Source: Alphaproteobacteria bacterium (lineage in GTDB: Bacteria > Pseudomonadota > Alphaproteobacteria > SP197). Taken from it: a stretch of 64,000 bases of DNA. The notes under the pieces were generated by a model. The model was not told the DNA's origin. It searched no databases and saw only the letters and a program-made list of their open reading frames with translations. The DNA lies in contig CBDCEA010000004.1 in the NCBI GenBank assembly GCA_965215635.1, forward strand, positions 48,492-112,491, read 5' to 3'. Both the position numbers and the translations under genes were made by a program. Below, piece after piece: positions 18,793-31,914 of the stretch (position 1 is the stretch's first letter; each line of letters opens with the position of its first letter).

Positions 18793-20200
18793 TTTGCGGG
18801 CCTCAGGGCAAGCCTCTCCAGGCCGTCCTCTTCAAGAGGGCGACCAGAGGTCGAAGCGGTCTGTCGGAGCCGCCCTATGGGGCGGCGAGACGTATCAACT
18901 GGTCGACCGTCAGGGCAAGGATACCGAACATGAGATGGCAGGCGACCTTCGCGTGTCCCCGGACGCGGACATGGCGCCCGCCGAACTCGTCCTTGAGGCG
19001 GGCGTTGGTCCTCTCGACACCGGAACGGATCCGGAAACGCACGCTCCCGGGGTCGACATGGCCCGCCGCACGCCGGGCCCGGGCCTCCCGGTCCAGCTCC
19101 TCCTTGAGTTCCTTGTCCCGGCGCGGGTTGACGTCGATGATCGGAACATGGCCAAGGCGTTCACTTGTCTGGTGGATCTCCCTGGCGTCATAGGCCGAGT
19201 CCATGAGATCGTAGAGGTTGGTCACACGCCCGGCGGTCATCATCGCCAGCGGGATCGCGACCTGGCTGTCATGGATAGATGCCGAAGTGAGGATGGCACT
19301 CAGCGGCACTCCGCAGTCCGCCGTGTCGATATGCAGTTTGTAACCTTGCCAGGTCGTCTGGAACCCCTTGGCGTTCTTCTTGGCCCCATGATTGCAGAGC
19401 TTCGGCAGCTCGGCGAGCATCTCATCGAGACTCATGCCGTTGACCTGCTGTTCGAGACGGCTCGGTTTTTTCGTCTTCTCCTCGCCCTTAGCGTCGTCGG
19501 CCGCGCTTGCGTTTCGGTGTCTTGTCGGCCTCCGGCTTCGGTGCCGGCTTCTCCCGGGCCTCGATGGCCGTCGAGTCCCTCGACACGTGGCCGATGAGCT
19601 CGTCGCCCATCGCCTCTTCAACCAGGGCCTCGTGCATCCTCTCCGGAATACGGAACTGCGAGAACTCGGCAAACGCCCGTGAAAACGTCGCCTCGCTCGG
19701 GATCTCCACGACACGCGACCAGCCGCACAGTCTCCGCAGCGTCGGGTCCACCTTGAGCCTGTCGATCAGATGGCGGGTCGTCGGCAGATCCCACACGGCC
19801 TTGGCGATGAAGCCGCGGGCCAGCGCCCGGCGATCCTCCTGGGGCCGTCCCGGACCGTTCCAGACCTCACCGATGAAGCGCTCCACCCTGACGAGATCGA
19901 GAGCCGTCACGAAGCGTTTGTGCACCTCCAGGAGAGGTCCAACCTCCTCGGCCAGCGCAGGGAAAAGTTCCCCTTGAAATCGGTGCCAGATGTCCGATAG
20001 GGTCGAACCAAGGGTCATCGGGGTCGCCTCCGCGGTATCTTGGGGATTAGGAAAATCCAATATACCACCAGGCGGCCCCGGAACCCAGGCGCCTTACACC
20101 AAAATCAGCCCCGACAAGGCAAAAAACCTGTCATTCCGACAGTTTTGCAAGAGCCTCATCTGACACCGAACGTGGAATCACCGTCCAAGAGGTCCAACGC
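18793..20200 (-). mobile_element. IS5-family insertion sequence; ends approximate
   Basis: Contains a two-frame transposase. Imperfect terminal matches (GAGGAACTTTGCGG near 18797; GGTGAACTTCGGCG on the complement near 20200). The ends were not confirmed by clean inverted repeats or a target-site duplication. Confidence 0.5.
18875..20060 (-). CDS. IS5-family DDE transposase split into two overlapping frames (N-terminal part 19488-20060, C-terminal DDE part 18875-19714)
   Basis: The N-terminal part has the InsH-like DNA-binding region. The C-terminal part has HIDTADCGVPL...IHDSQVAIPL...ERTNARLKDEFGGRHVRVRG. The frames overlap by 226 nt and there is an A6 run near the junction. Either a programmed frameshift or an inactivating indel. 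Confidence 0.6.
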
Positions 20201-20433
20201 CGAAGTTCACCTGGGGAATGCGGGTTAAACACAGACTTGTGCACACAGTTGTCTTCAAACTCCCGTTTTTCTTCGAAATATAGTCTGCCAGCGCATGCCA
20301 TTTCTGCCCGACCGGCGCATGCTCTGCTTTCGGACAGTTCACTGACGTGACGAATCCGATCGCTCCGGTCGTCAATGAATCGACAACCGCGTGGAGGCAA
20401 GGGTCGATCGAACGAAGGAAGGCGTCAGCAGGG

Positions 20434-21363
20434 ATGATGATAACTGCGGACCAGCGCGAACAGATCACAACGCAGCGTGCCTCAAGGAACGATACCCGGC
20501 GTGTCGTCAGTCCGGCGCTGGAGGAGCTCATGTACGAGCCCATGGCGGTGCTCGATCACGGTTTCGTGCGTGTCGTCGACTACATGGGCAATGATGATGC
20601 CATCGTGCAGGCGGCTCGGGTGTCATACGGTACGGGGACAAAGTCGGTGCGCGGCGATGCCGGTCTGATCGGCTACCTGATGCGTCACAGGCACACGACA
20701 CCCTTCGAGATGTGCGAGATCAAGTACCATGTGAAGCTTCCGGTGTTCGTGGCCCGCCAGTGGATTCGCCACCGCACCGCCAACGTCAACGAGTATTCTG
20801 CGCGCTATTCGATCCTGGACCGGGAATTCTATATCCCGGCACCCGAGAGCCTGGCTGCACAGTCATCGATCAACGGGCAGGGCAGGGGCCAACTGCTCGA
20901 AGGAGACGAGGCGCAATCTGTACTGCAGATCCTGAAGGAGGATGCCGGCAAGGCCTGCGACGATTACGAGCACATGCTGAACGAAGGCGAGCATGCCGAT
21001 CCTTGCCGTCTCGGATTGGCACGGGAACTCGCCAGGATCAATCTGCCTCTGGGGATCTATACACAGTGGTACTGGAAGACCGATCTTCACAATCTCTTCC
21101 ACTTCCTGGCGCTGAGGGCCGATTCCCATGCCCAGTACGAGATCCGCGTCTATGCCGAAGCCATGCTGGAAACCGTCAAGGCCTGGGTGCCGCTCGCCTA
21201 TGAGGCCTTCGTCGAGTGCCGGTTCGGGGGCGCGGAACTGACGGCAGGCCAGCTCGCCGTGCTGCGCCGCATGTTGAAGGGCGAGGAGGTGACGCTCGAG
21301 ACGAGCGGGCTCGGCAAGAGGATGTGGGACGAGCTTCAGGCGGTGCTGGACGCTACTCGATGA
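20434..21363 (+). CDS. thyX: FAD-dependent thymidylate synthase
   Basis: [43 protein letters not shown] is the ThyX signature (RHRxxS-like). The 5' ~190 nt overlaps the duplicated thyX segment. Confidence 0.85.
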   Translation: MMITADQREQITTQRASRNDTRRVVSPALEELMYEPMAVLDHGFVRVVDYMGNDDAIVQAARVSYGTGTKSVRGDAGLIGYLMRHRHTTPFEMCEIKYHVKLPVFVARQWIRHRTANVNEYSARYSILDREFYIPAPESLAAQSSINGQGRGQLLEGDEAQSVLQILKEDAGKACDDYEHMLNEGEHADPCRLGLARELARINLPLGIYTQWYWKTDLHNLFHFLALRADSHAQYEIRVYAEAMLETVKAWVPLAYEAFVECRFGGAELTAGQLAVLRRMLKGEEVTLETSGLGKRMWDELQAVLDATR

Positions 21364-22426
21364 CAATCCTGGGGCCCTCGGGGCGGGCTCCGGGGAGACT
21401 CTCGAGGACGGCCGAGGCGATTCTGAGGTAGGCTTCGGCGATCGCGCCTGAGGGTTCGGCGGCGACGATGGGACGGCCGCTGTCCGAGGTCTCGCGGATC
21501 CGGATATCGAGGGGAATCTCGCCGAGGAAGGGGATGCCGAGCCTGGCGGCTTCCCTGCGGGCGCCGCCGTGGGCGAAGACTTCGGTGCGGTGGCCGCAGG
21601 CCGGACAGGCGAAATAGCTCATGTTCTCGACGATGCCGAGGATGGGGACATCCACCTTGCGGAACATGTTGAGGCCCTTGCGGGCATCGATGAGCGAGAG
21701 ATCCTGGGGCGTGGAGACGATGACCGCACCGGCGAGCGTTGTTTTCTGGGTGAGCGAGAGGTGGATGTCGCCGGTGCCGGGAGGCAGATCGACGATCATG
21801 ATATCGGCGTCGCCCCAGGCCACCTGCTTCAGCATCTGTTCGAGCGCGCTCTGTACCATCGGGCCGCGCCAGACCATGGGCTGATCCTCGTCGATCAGCA
21901 GCCCCATCGACATGGTGGCGATGCCGTGGGCCTCCTTGGGGAAGAGGCTGGTGCCGTCGGTCTCGGGCTTGCCCTTCAGTCCGAAGAGGCGCGGCGCTGA
22001 AGGCCCGTAGATGTCGGCATCGAGGAACACGACTTTCCTGCCGAGTGCCGAAAGGGAGAGTGCCAGATTGGCTGCCGTGGTCGACTTGCCGACGCCGCCC
22101 TTGCCGCTCGCCACGGCGACGATGGCGCCGATGCCGTCGATTCCCTCGGCCGGTTGGCGCGGGGTGGGGTGTTGTTCGCGGTGCGCGGTCATGACCACGG
22201 TCGACGAGAGCACGCCGGGAAGGGCGCGTATGGTGTCCTCGGCGGCCTTGCGAAGGCCCTCGAGTTCCGGGCCCCGGTCGGGCGGCACCTCCATGACGAA
22301 TCCGACGTTGCCGGCCGTGACGACGAGATTGCTGATCATGCCGAGATCGCCGATCGGTCGGCCGCTTCTGGGTTCGATGACACCGCTGAGTGCCTCGCGC
22401 ACCAGCTCTTCCGTGACTCTGGCCAT
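21353..22426 (-). CDS. apbC: Fe-S cluster carrier ATPase Mrp/ApbC
   Basis: Walker [21 protein letters not shown] metal-binding Cys pair, N-terminal MIP18/DUF59-like domain. The start was taken at MARVTEELV. Confidence 0.85.
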   Translation of the reverse strand: MARVTEELVREALSGVIEPRSGRPIGDLGMISNLVVTAGNVGFVMEVPPDRGPELEGLRKAAEDTIRALPGVLSSTVVMTAHREQHPTPRQPAEGIDGIGAIVAVASGKGGVGKSTTAANLALSLSALGRKVVFLDADIYGPSAPRLFGLKGKPETDGTSLFPKEAHGIATMSMGLLIDEDQPMVWRGPMVQSALEQMLKQVAWGDADIMIVDLPPGTGDIHLSLTQKTTLAGAVIVSTPQDLSLIDARKGLNMFRKVDVPILGIVENMSYFACPACGHRTEVFAHGGARREAARLGIPFLGEIPLDIRIRETSDSGRPIVAAEPSGAIAEAYLRIASAVLESLPGARPEGPRIVIE

Positions 22427-22544
22427 CACCCGATATCCTTCTCGCGTTGCAGGCGCCCCTTGGGTGACATATAACGCCATGACCCACGGCAACAACCCTT
22501 AAAGAGGTTCCGGCACGTCCGGACCCGACGGAGACGAGGAACCC

Positions 22545-23612
22545 ATGTCCTGGAATGACGGTGGAGGAGGAGGCGGAGGAGGATGGGACGGCCCCGGCGG
22601 CGGCGGTCCCTGGGGGCGGCGTCCTTCGGGCGGTGCCGGTCGCGAGTTCGAGGAACTCGTCCGCAACATGCAGAACCGGGGCAAGCGCTTCCTGCCGGGC
22701 GGTTTTGGCGGCATCAGGGGCATTCTGCTCATTTTGGTCGTTCTTCTCGCGGTCTGGCTGGCAAGCGGCATCTACCGGGTCGACACCAACGAGCAGGGCG
22801 TTGAAATCGTCTTCGGACGTTGGGTCAACACCACGACCCCGGGGCTTGGATACAACTGGCCGGCGCCGATCGGCGAGGTCTTCACTCCGACGGTGACCGA
22901 GATCCAGCAGTTCACCATCGGCACCACGAACAACCAGAGCCTCATGCTCACCGGCGACGAGAACATCATCGACGTGATGTTCGTCGTGAAGTGGAAGATC
23001 GACGATGCCGGCAAGTTCCTGTTCAACATCGCCGATCCCGAAGGCACCACGCGCAATGTCGCCGAGAGCGCCATGCGCCAGGCCATCGGCCAGACCCCGC
23101 TGGCGACGGCGCTGGCCGAAGGCAGGGACGAGGTCGAACAGAGGACGCTCTTCCTGATGCAGGAGATGCTCGACAACTACGGTTCCGGCGTCGAAATCCG
23201 CCAGGTCGAGTTGCAGAGCGTCGATCCTCCCTCGGCCGTGATCGATGCCTTCCGCGATGTCCAGGCGGCGCGCGCCGACCAGGAACGCTCGATCAACGAG
23301 GCCCAGGCCTACCAGAACCAGATCGTGCCGGTCGCCCGCGGCGACTCGCAGCGCATGCTCCAGGAGGCCGAGGCCTACAAGGAGCAGGTGATCAACACGG
23401 CCCAGGGCGATGCCGCGCGCTTCAACTCGGTCTACAACGAATTCATCCTCGCCCGCGACGTGACCACGCGGCGCCTTTACATCGAGACCATGGAGATCGT
23501 GCTGAAAGACATGGAGAAAATCATCATCGACACCGGCACCATGGATGGCCAGGGGGTCGTGCCCTATCTGCCGCTCGATCAGCTGCGGCGCAACGGTGCC
23601 GGGGGAGGCTGA
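22545..23612 (+). CDS. hflK: FtsH protease modulator HflK
   Basis: Poly-Gly N-terminus, one TM helix, SPFH/band-7 domain. Confidence 0.85.
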   Translation: MSWNDGGGGGGGGWDGPGGGGPWGRRPSGGAGREFEELVRNMQNRGKRFLPGGFGGIRGILLILVVLLAVWLASGIYRVDTNEQGVEIVFGRWVNTTTPGLGYNWPAPIGEVFTPTVTEIQQFTIGTTNNQSLMLTGDENIIDVMFVVKWKIDDAGKFLFNIADPEGTTRNVAESAMRQAIGQTPLATALAEGRDEVEQRTLFLMQEMLDNYGSGVEIRQVELQSVDPPSAVIDAFRDVQAARADQERSINEAQAYQNQIVPVARGDSQRMLQEAEAYKEQVINTAQGDAARFNSVYNEFILARDVTTRRLYIETMEIVLKDMEKIIIDTGTMDGQGVVPYLPLDQLRRNGAGGG

Positions 23613-23615
23613 ATC

Positions 23616-24512
23616 ATGAACGCCAGGATCATCCTCTCTGTCGTCGCCCTTGCCGGCGTGCTGGTCGTGGGCTCCATGTCGGTGTTCACGGTCGCCGAAT
23701 ACGAACAGGGGATCGTCGTGCAGTTCGGCGACCCGAAGCGGGTCGTCAACACGTCCGGCCTCTACTTCAAGTTGCCTTGGCAGGACATCATCTACTACGA
23801 CAGGCGCGTCATCCAGGTCGACGGCGAGCCCGAGCAGGTGACCGCGTCGGACCAGAAGCGGCTGGTCGTCGATGCCTTCGCGCTCTACCGCATCGTCGAT
23901 CCGCTGAAGTTCAAGAACGCGGCGATCACCATCGACCGCTTCGAAGGCTTCATGCTCAGAACACTGACCGGCACCCTGCGACAATACATCGGCCGGGTGC
24001 CACTGGTCGATGTCGTCTCAGGCGAACGCGAGGCGCTCATGAGCGCTATCCGGGTTTCTCTGATCGAGGAAACCAGCCAGTACGGCATCGAGATGACCGA
24101 CGTTCGCATCAAGCGGACCGACCTTCCCCAGGAGAACAGCCAGGCCATCTACCGGCGCATGCAGACCGAGCGCGAACGCGAGGCGAGCGAGATCCGCGCC
24201 GAGGGCGAGGAACAGGCGCTGCGCATCCGTGCGGAGGCCGACCGCACCCGCACGGTGCTGATATCGGAAGCAAAACGCGATTCGGAGATCCTGCGCGGCG
24301 ACGGCGACGGTGAGGTGGTCCGCATCTTTGCCGAGGCCTTCGGCAGGGATGTGGACTTCTTCACCTTCTATCGCACCATGCAGGCCTATCGCGAAGCGCT
24401 CAATGCCAGCGATACCACACTCGTGATCTCGCCCGACGGCGACTTCCTGCGCTTCCTGACGAGTTTCGAAGGCGTAGCGGCCAGCCCTCGTTCTGACACA
24501 ATCGCCGAATAG
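23616..24512 (+). CDS. hflC: FtsH protease modulator HflC
   Basis: N-terminal TM helix plus SPFH domain, directly downstream of hflK. Confidence 0.85.
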   Translation: MNARIILSVVALAGVLVVGSMSVFTVAEYEQGIVVQFGDPKRVVNTSGLYFKLPWQDIIYYDRRVIQVDGEPEQVTASDQKRLVVDAFALYRIVDPLKFKNAAITIDRFEGFMLRTLTGTLRQYIGRVPLVDVVSGEREALMSAIRVSLIEETSQYGIEMTDVRIKRTDLPQENSQAIYRRMQTEREREASEIRAEGEEQALRIRAEADRTRTVLISEAKRDSEILRGDGDGEVVRIFAEAFGRDVDFFTFYRTMQAYREALNASDTTLVISPDGDFLRFLTSFEGVAASPRSDTIAE

Positions 24513-24552
24513 GCTTGCTTCCTGACCATCGGCCGATGCGGAGCAGGCGCCG

Positions 24553-24738
24553 GTGACGGACCTGGTTACTGCGCTTGCCATCGCCATGTTCCTTGAAGGT
24601 GCTGCCTGGGCATTGTTTCCCGGTGCCATGAAGAAGGCGATGCTTCATGTCCTGTCACAGCCCCTGTCGGCTGTGCGCACGGTCGGGACGGCAGTGGCTC
24701 TGGTGGCCGTATTCGCCGTCTGGTTGCTGCGTGGCTGA
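24553..24738 (+). CDS. DUF2065 small membrane protein (YjeT-like)
   Basis: 61-aa two-TM protein in the conserved position after hflKC. GTG start. Confidence 0.5.
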   Translation: MTDLVTALAIAMFLEGAAWALFPGAMKKAMLHVLSQPLSAVRTVGTAVALVAVFAVWLLRG

Positions 24739-24765
24739 GTAACTAAGGAAGGAAGAGATCCCGAA

Positions 24766-26232
24766 ATGACAAAGCGATGGACCGGTTTCATTCTCGTTCT
24801 GGCGGTGGCCGCCCTGGGTACGTCGCCCCTGCCCGGCCATGCGCATGAGGGCGGCGACAGCCACGCCGATCTTGCCCAGCGCCTGCTCCCCTCGGTGGTG
24901 TCGATCTACACGGAAACCAAGGTCGACGCCCAGGAAGACGGGAACGGCAATCCCTATTCGGGAACCCCGTTCGAGGAATTCTTCGATCGGTTCTTCAAAA
25001 AGCAGGTTCCCGACCAGAAGAACAAGACTCCCCGCTCTATGCCGTGGGCCCTGGGATCCGGTTTCATCATCAGCGGCGACGGCCACATCGTCACCAATGT
25101 CCATGTCATCGACAAGGCGTCGAAGGTCCTCGTGCGCCTCGACGACGGAACCCAGCATGAGGCCAGTGTCGTGGCAACGGATTCGAAGACCGACATAGCG
25201 CTTCTGAAGATCGAGGTGTCTGCAGAACTGCCGGCCGTGCCGTTCGGCGATTCGGATGTCGTGCGCATCGGCGATGTGGCGCTTGCCATCGGCAACCCCT
25301 TCGGATTCGGCAATTCCGTGACCGCCGGCATCATTTCGGCACGCCAGCGGGATATCCGGGCCGGTCCCTACGATCAGTTCCTGCAGACCGATGCGCCGAT
25401 CAACCGCGGCAATTCCGGAGGCCCCCTCTTCAACATCGACGGCGAGGTCATCGGTGTGAACACCTTGATCTATTCGCCCTCCGGGGGGTCGGTGGGCATA
25501 GGCTTTGCGGTACCCTCCAATGTGGTGGCCCATGTCATCTCCCAGCTCAAGGAATACGGCCGGACGCGCCGCGGCTGGCTCGGCGTGCGCATCCAGCCCG
25601 TCACGCCGGAGATCGCCGAGGGTCTGAACCTCCCCTTGGCCGAAGGTGCGCTCGTCGCCAGTGTCACACCTGACAGTCCAGCCGAAGCTGCCGGCCTCCA
25701 GGTGGGCGACACCATCATCCGCTTCAACGGCATTGCGATCGAGGACATGCGCGAGCTGCCGCGTGCCGTTGTCCAGACCGAGGTCGGCCTCAATGTCGAG
25801 GTCATCGTGATCCGGGACGGCGAGGAGCTCGCGATCGATGTGGTGCTCGGCGAACTCGAGGCGTACGAGGCAAGTCTCGCCGGGGCTTCGGAACCCGGCA
25901 GTGAGCCCGATTACGGCGATCGGTACGCCGAGGACGATATCCTTCTGGGCATGGAGATTCGTCCCCTCGATCCCAATCTCGCGAAGGAGTTCGGCCTTGA
26001 GGAAGACAGGGAAGGATTGGTCATCACCCGCGTCGAGCCGGATGGACCTGCGGACCGTGGAGGTGTTCAGGTCGGCGACCTCCTGCTCAACGTGGGGCGC
26101 GATGTGGTCGAAACCGTCGATGAGGTGGCGAACCTCCTCGAGGAGGCGCAAGCCAGGGACGCCCGGGCGGTGGTCCTGAGGATCGAACGGGAAGGTAATC
26201 CCAGCTATCTGGCGCTGGAACTCGCCGAATGA
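24766..26232 (+). CDS. htrA: Periplasmic serine endoprotease DegP/HtrA family (trypsin domain plus two PDZ)
   Basis: Signal peptide, catalytic GNSGGPL motif, two PDZ segments. Confidence 0.85.
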   Translation: MTKRWTGFILVLAVAALGTSPLPGHAHEGGDSHADLAQRLLPSVVSIYTETKVDAQEDGNGNPYSGTPFEEFFDRFFKKQVPDQKNKTPRSMPWALGSGFIISGDGHIVTNVHVIDKASKVLVRLDDGTQHEASVVATDSKTDIALLKIEVSAELPAVPFGDSDVVRIGDVALAIGNPFGFGNSVTAGIISARQRDIRAGPYDQFLQTDAPINRGNSGGPLFNIDGEVIGVNTLIYSPSGGSVGIGFAVPSNVVAHVISQLKEYGRTRRGWLGVRIQPVTPEIAEGLNLPLAEGALVASVTPDSPAEAAGLQVGDTIIRFNGIAIEDMRELPRAVVQTEVGLNVEVIVIRDGEELAIDVVLGELEAYEASLAGASEPGSEPDYGDRYAEDDILLGMEIRPLDPNLAKEFGLEEDREGLVITRVEPDGPADRGGVQVGDLLLNVGRDVVETVDEVANLLEEAQARDARAVVLRIEREGNPSYLALELAE

Positions 26233-26248
26233 GGGACCGGTATCCGGG

Positions 26249-27205
26249 GTGGCTGCCGCCGGGCCGGTGATTCTGCTTGGCGGTCCAACGGCCTCGGGAA
26301 AGTCGGACCTTGCCGTGCGCCTTGCCGGGGAGTTCGGGGGCGTCATCGTCAATGCCGACAGCATGCAGGTCTATGCCGATCTTGCGATCCTGACGGCCCG
26401 GCCCTCGCCCGGGGACGAGGCACGTCTGCCGCACCGGCTCTTCGGTTTCCTCGATGCCGCCATCCCCTGTTCGGCTGGCCTCTGGCACCAGCACGCGTTC
26501 CGGATCTGCCGAGAGATTTCAGATTCGGGGTGCGTGCCGATTCTCGTGGGCGGAACAGGTCTCTATCTCAAGACATTCCGTGAAGGCCTTGCATCGATTC
26601 CCCTGATTCCGGAGGACGTGCGCGCCCGGGTTCGACGGCGCCTCGGCTGCGAGGGGAGCGAAGCGCTTCACAACGAACTTGGGCGGATCGATCCCGAACT
26701 CGCAGCGGCCCTCGCGCCCTCGGACGGCCAGCGGATTGCGCGGGGCATCGAGGTCTTCGAAGCGACAGGCATGAGGCTTTCAGAGTGGCAGGTGCCTCCT
26801 TCTGAGGGGGGCTGGTCCGGCCCGCTTCTCCAGGTGAGCCTTCTCCCACCCAGAAAGGCCCTCATGGAGCGCTGCGAGAGGCGCTTCGACGCGATGATGG
26901 CGGCCGGCGCCCTCGAGGAAGCCGCAAGGCTTGCGGCGCGGTGCCTGGATCCTTCCCTTCCGGCATTGAAATGCCTGGGTCTGGCGAGCCTCATCGCTCA
27001 CCTCGAGGGACGAGCCGCCCTCGACCGGGCGGTCGAGGAGGCAAAGACCGCCACGCGGCGCTATGCCAAGCGGCAGTTCACGTGGTTCCGCCACCAGGTG
27101 CCGGACGCCCTGGCCTTCGGTGCCTTCGGTTTCGGGGATGAAGCCGGTGGCGTTGTCGATGAGGCGCGGCGGTTTCTGTTGACCGACGGCGATCATCCGG
27201 CATAG
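26249..27205 (+). CDS. miaA: tRNA dimethylallyltransferase
   Basis: P-loop GPTASGKS, NADSMQVY, VGGTGLY motifs. Confidence 0.85.
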   Translation: MAAAGPVILLGGPTASGKSDLAVRLAGEFGGVIVNADSMQVYADLAILTARPSPGDEARLPHRLFGFLDAAIPCSAGLWHQHAFRICREISDSGCVPILVGGTGLYLKTFREGLASIPLIPEDVRARVRRRLGCEGSEALHNELGRIDPELAAALAPSDGQRIARGIEVFEATGMRLSEWQVPPSEGGWSGPLLQVSLLPPRKALMERCERRFDAMMAAGALEEAARLAARCLDPSLPALKCLGLASLIAHLEGRAALDRAVEEAKTATRRYAKRQFTWFRHQVPDALAFGAFGFGDEAGGVVDEARRFLLTDGDHPA

Positions 27206-27323
27206 TTTCCGCTACTTGTGCCACTGCGACTCGCCCGGTCGGGCGCAGCGCTTGTCCGTGGAAGAAACCCGAAACGCCGCCTTCGGCGCACGCATCGGAA
27301 AAGACACCGTGACCCAGAAGCAG

Positions 27324-29081
27324 ATGACCGGTTCCGAGATCCTCCTCAAGGTCCTCACAGACCTCGGCGTCGATGTCGTATTCGGTTATCCCGGCGGAGC
27401 GGTGCTGCCGATCTACGACGCGCTTAGCCAGCAGAACCACTTGAGACACATCCTGGTGCGCCAGGAGGGCGGGGCGCTCCACGCTGCAGAAGGCTATGCG
27501 CGTTCGACCGGCAAGGTTGGCGTGGTTCTCGTGACCTCGGGCCCCGGTGCGACCAATTGCGTGACCGGGCTCGCCGATGCCCTGATGGATTCGGTTCCCG
27601 TGGTCTGTCTCACCGGGCAGGTGCCGACCCATCTGATCGGTAACGACGCTTTCCAGGAGGCCGATACCATCGGCATCACGCGGCCCTGCACCAAGCACAA
27701 CTATCTCGTGAAGGACGTCAGGGACCTTGCCCGCATCATCCGGGAAGCCTTCCATGTCGCTTCCAGCGGACGCCCGGGTCCCGTCGTCGTGGACCTGCCC
27801 AAGGACGTGATGACGGCAACCACCGGCTATTCAAGGACGTTGGGACCTGTCCAGCACCCGAGCTACAATCCCCAGGTCAAGGGTGACCACGGGCGCATTT
27901 CGGAAGCCGTCGAGTTGCTCGCAGGCGCGAAGCGGCCGCTGATCTACGCCGGCGGCGGCGTGATCAATTCGGGCCCTGCCGCATCCCAGCTGCTCACCAA
28001 TCTCGTGAACATGACGGGCATCCCCACCACGCTCACGCTGATGGGCCTCGGCGCCCTGCCGGCATCCAGCGGGAACTTCATCGGCATGGTCGGCATGCAC
28101 GGCTCTCTGGAAGCCAACATGTGCATGCACGACTGCGACGTGATGCTATGTGTCGGCGCCCGTTTCGACGATCGCGTGACGGGAAGAACCGATGCGTTCT
28201 CGCCCGATTCGAAGAAAATCCACATCGACATCGATGCCTCCTCGATCAACAAGAATATTCCGGTTCAGGTGCCCGTCGTCGGCGACTGCGGCTATGTCCT
28301 CGAGCACTTCATCAAGCTCTGGAAGTCGCGCCAGGCACGTTGCGACGGCAAGGCTCTCAGCGCGTGGTGGGACCGGATCGAGGAATGGCGCGCCCGCAAG
28401 TCGTTCGGCTACCAGCGCTCCGAAACCGTCATCAAACCGCAGCACGCGCTCGAGGTCCTCAATGACCGGATCGCCGGCCGCGACGATGTCTACATCACGA
28501 CCGAGGTCGGTCAGCACCAGATGTGGGCCGCCCAGTTCCTGCACTTCGAGAAGCCGAACCACTGGATGACCTCCGGCGGGCTCGGGACCATGGGCTACGG
28601 CCTGCCGGCGGCGATGGGTGTCCAGGTGGCCCATCCCGATGCCCTTGTCATCGATGTGGCAGGCGAGGCGTCGATCCTCATGAACATGCAGGAAATGTCG
28701 TCCCTGGCGCAGTACCGCCTGCCCGTGAAGGCCTTCATTCTCAACAACAGATGGATGGGGATGGTTCGCCAGTGGCAGGAGTTCTTCTTCGGCGGACGCT
28801 ACTCCGAAAGCTACATGGATTCGCTGCCCGATTTCGTGAAGCTCGCCGAAGCCTACGGGGCGGTGGGGCTGAGGGCCACCAGGCCCGAGGAGCTCGAGGA
28901 CGTGGTCGACGAGATGATCCGGACACCCAGGACCGTGATCGCCGAAATCGTCGTCGACCCGGACGAGAACGTCTATCCGATGATCCCCGCCGGTGCCGCC
29001 CACAACCAGGTGACCATGAGTCCCGACGAGGAAGTGGTGCTCGACCAGATTCACAGGGAAAAGGGCATGGTCCTGGTCTAG
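27324..29081 (+). CDS. ilvI: Acetolactate synthase large subunit
   Basis: TPP-enzyme motifs. MTGSEILLKVLTDLGVDVVFGYPGGAVLPIYDAL N-terminus. GLGTMGYGLPAAMG TPP-binding region. Confidence 0.9.
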   Translation: MTGSEILLKVLTDLGVDVVFGYPGGAVLPIYDALSQQNHLRHILVRQEGGALHAAEGYARSTGKVGVVLVTSGPGATNCVTGLADALMDSVPVVCLTGQVPTHLIGNDAFQEADTIGITRPCTKHNYLVKDVRDLARIIREAFHVASSGRPGPVVVDLPKDVMTATTGYSRTLGPVQHPSYNPQVKGDHGRISEAVELLAGAKRPLIYAGGGVINSGPAASQLLTNLVNMTGIPTTLTLMGLGALPASSGNFIGMVGMHGSLEANMCMHDCDVMLCVGARFDDRVTGRTDAFSPDSKKIHIDIDASSINKNIPVQVPVVGDCGYVLEHFIKLWKSRQARCDGKALSAWWDRIEEWRARKSFGYQRSETVIKPQHALEVLNDRIAGRDDVYITTEVGQHQMWAAQFLHFEKPNHWMTSGGLGTMGYGLPAAMGVQVAHPDALVIDVAGEASILMNMQEMSSLAQYRLPVKAFILNNRWMGMVRQWQEFFFGGRYSESYMDSLPDFVKLAEAYGAVGLRATRPEELEDVVDEMIRTPRTVIAEIVVDPDENVYPMIPAGAAHNQVTMSPDEEVVLDQIHREKGMVLV

Positions 29082-29125
29082 GGTCCGTCCGATCGTTTGT
29101 CGCCGCCACCACTCCTGGAATTGCC

Positions 29126-30677
<1,552 letters not shown>

Positions 30678-30825
30678 GGGTCCTGGCGTCCATTTTGTTC
30701 GTACCATCTGAACGTTCATGATATGAAGGGTACTTTCACATCAGGTTGATTCGCAGGTCACGGTGTGTCAGGCAAGGGGTCCACCCTGACTGACTCAGGA
30801 AGAGCGGCGATGGTACGCCTGGTAA

Positions 30826-31881
<1,056 letters not shown>

Positions 31882-31914
31882 TGCACGGCACCGGCGTGAG
31901 ATGAAGGTCGTCGC

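Noticed and set aside
18793-20200. Attempt to define IS terminal inverted repeats and a target-site duplication (candidate AAAC flanks; GAACTTnGCG-like imperfect ends)
   Set aside because: The matches are short and imperfect and one of them is not terminal. The ends are given only as approximate.
22545-22640. Poly-glycine run (GGGGGGGG) at the HflK N-terminus, considered as a homopolymer sequencing artefact
   Set aside because: The reading frame is maintained and Gly-rich N-termini are normal for HflK. Treated as genuine low complexity.
21336-23984. 882-aa ORF on the minus strand (and many other long antisense or overlapping ORFs such as 190-855 -, 2418-3872 -, 9356-10708 -, 38200-40356 -, 38556-39794 +, 43546-44703 +, 55126-56925 +, 12334-13857 -)
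   Set aside because: These are Arg/Pro/Gly-rich, low-complexity translations lying antisense to, or frame-shifted within, well-supported genes (apbC/hflK, fbpB, the TRAP permease, groEL, the NTPase-TPR gene). Such spurious open frames are typical of high-GC DNA.
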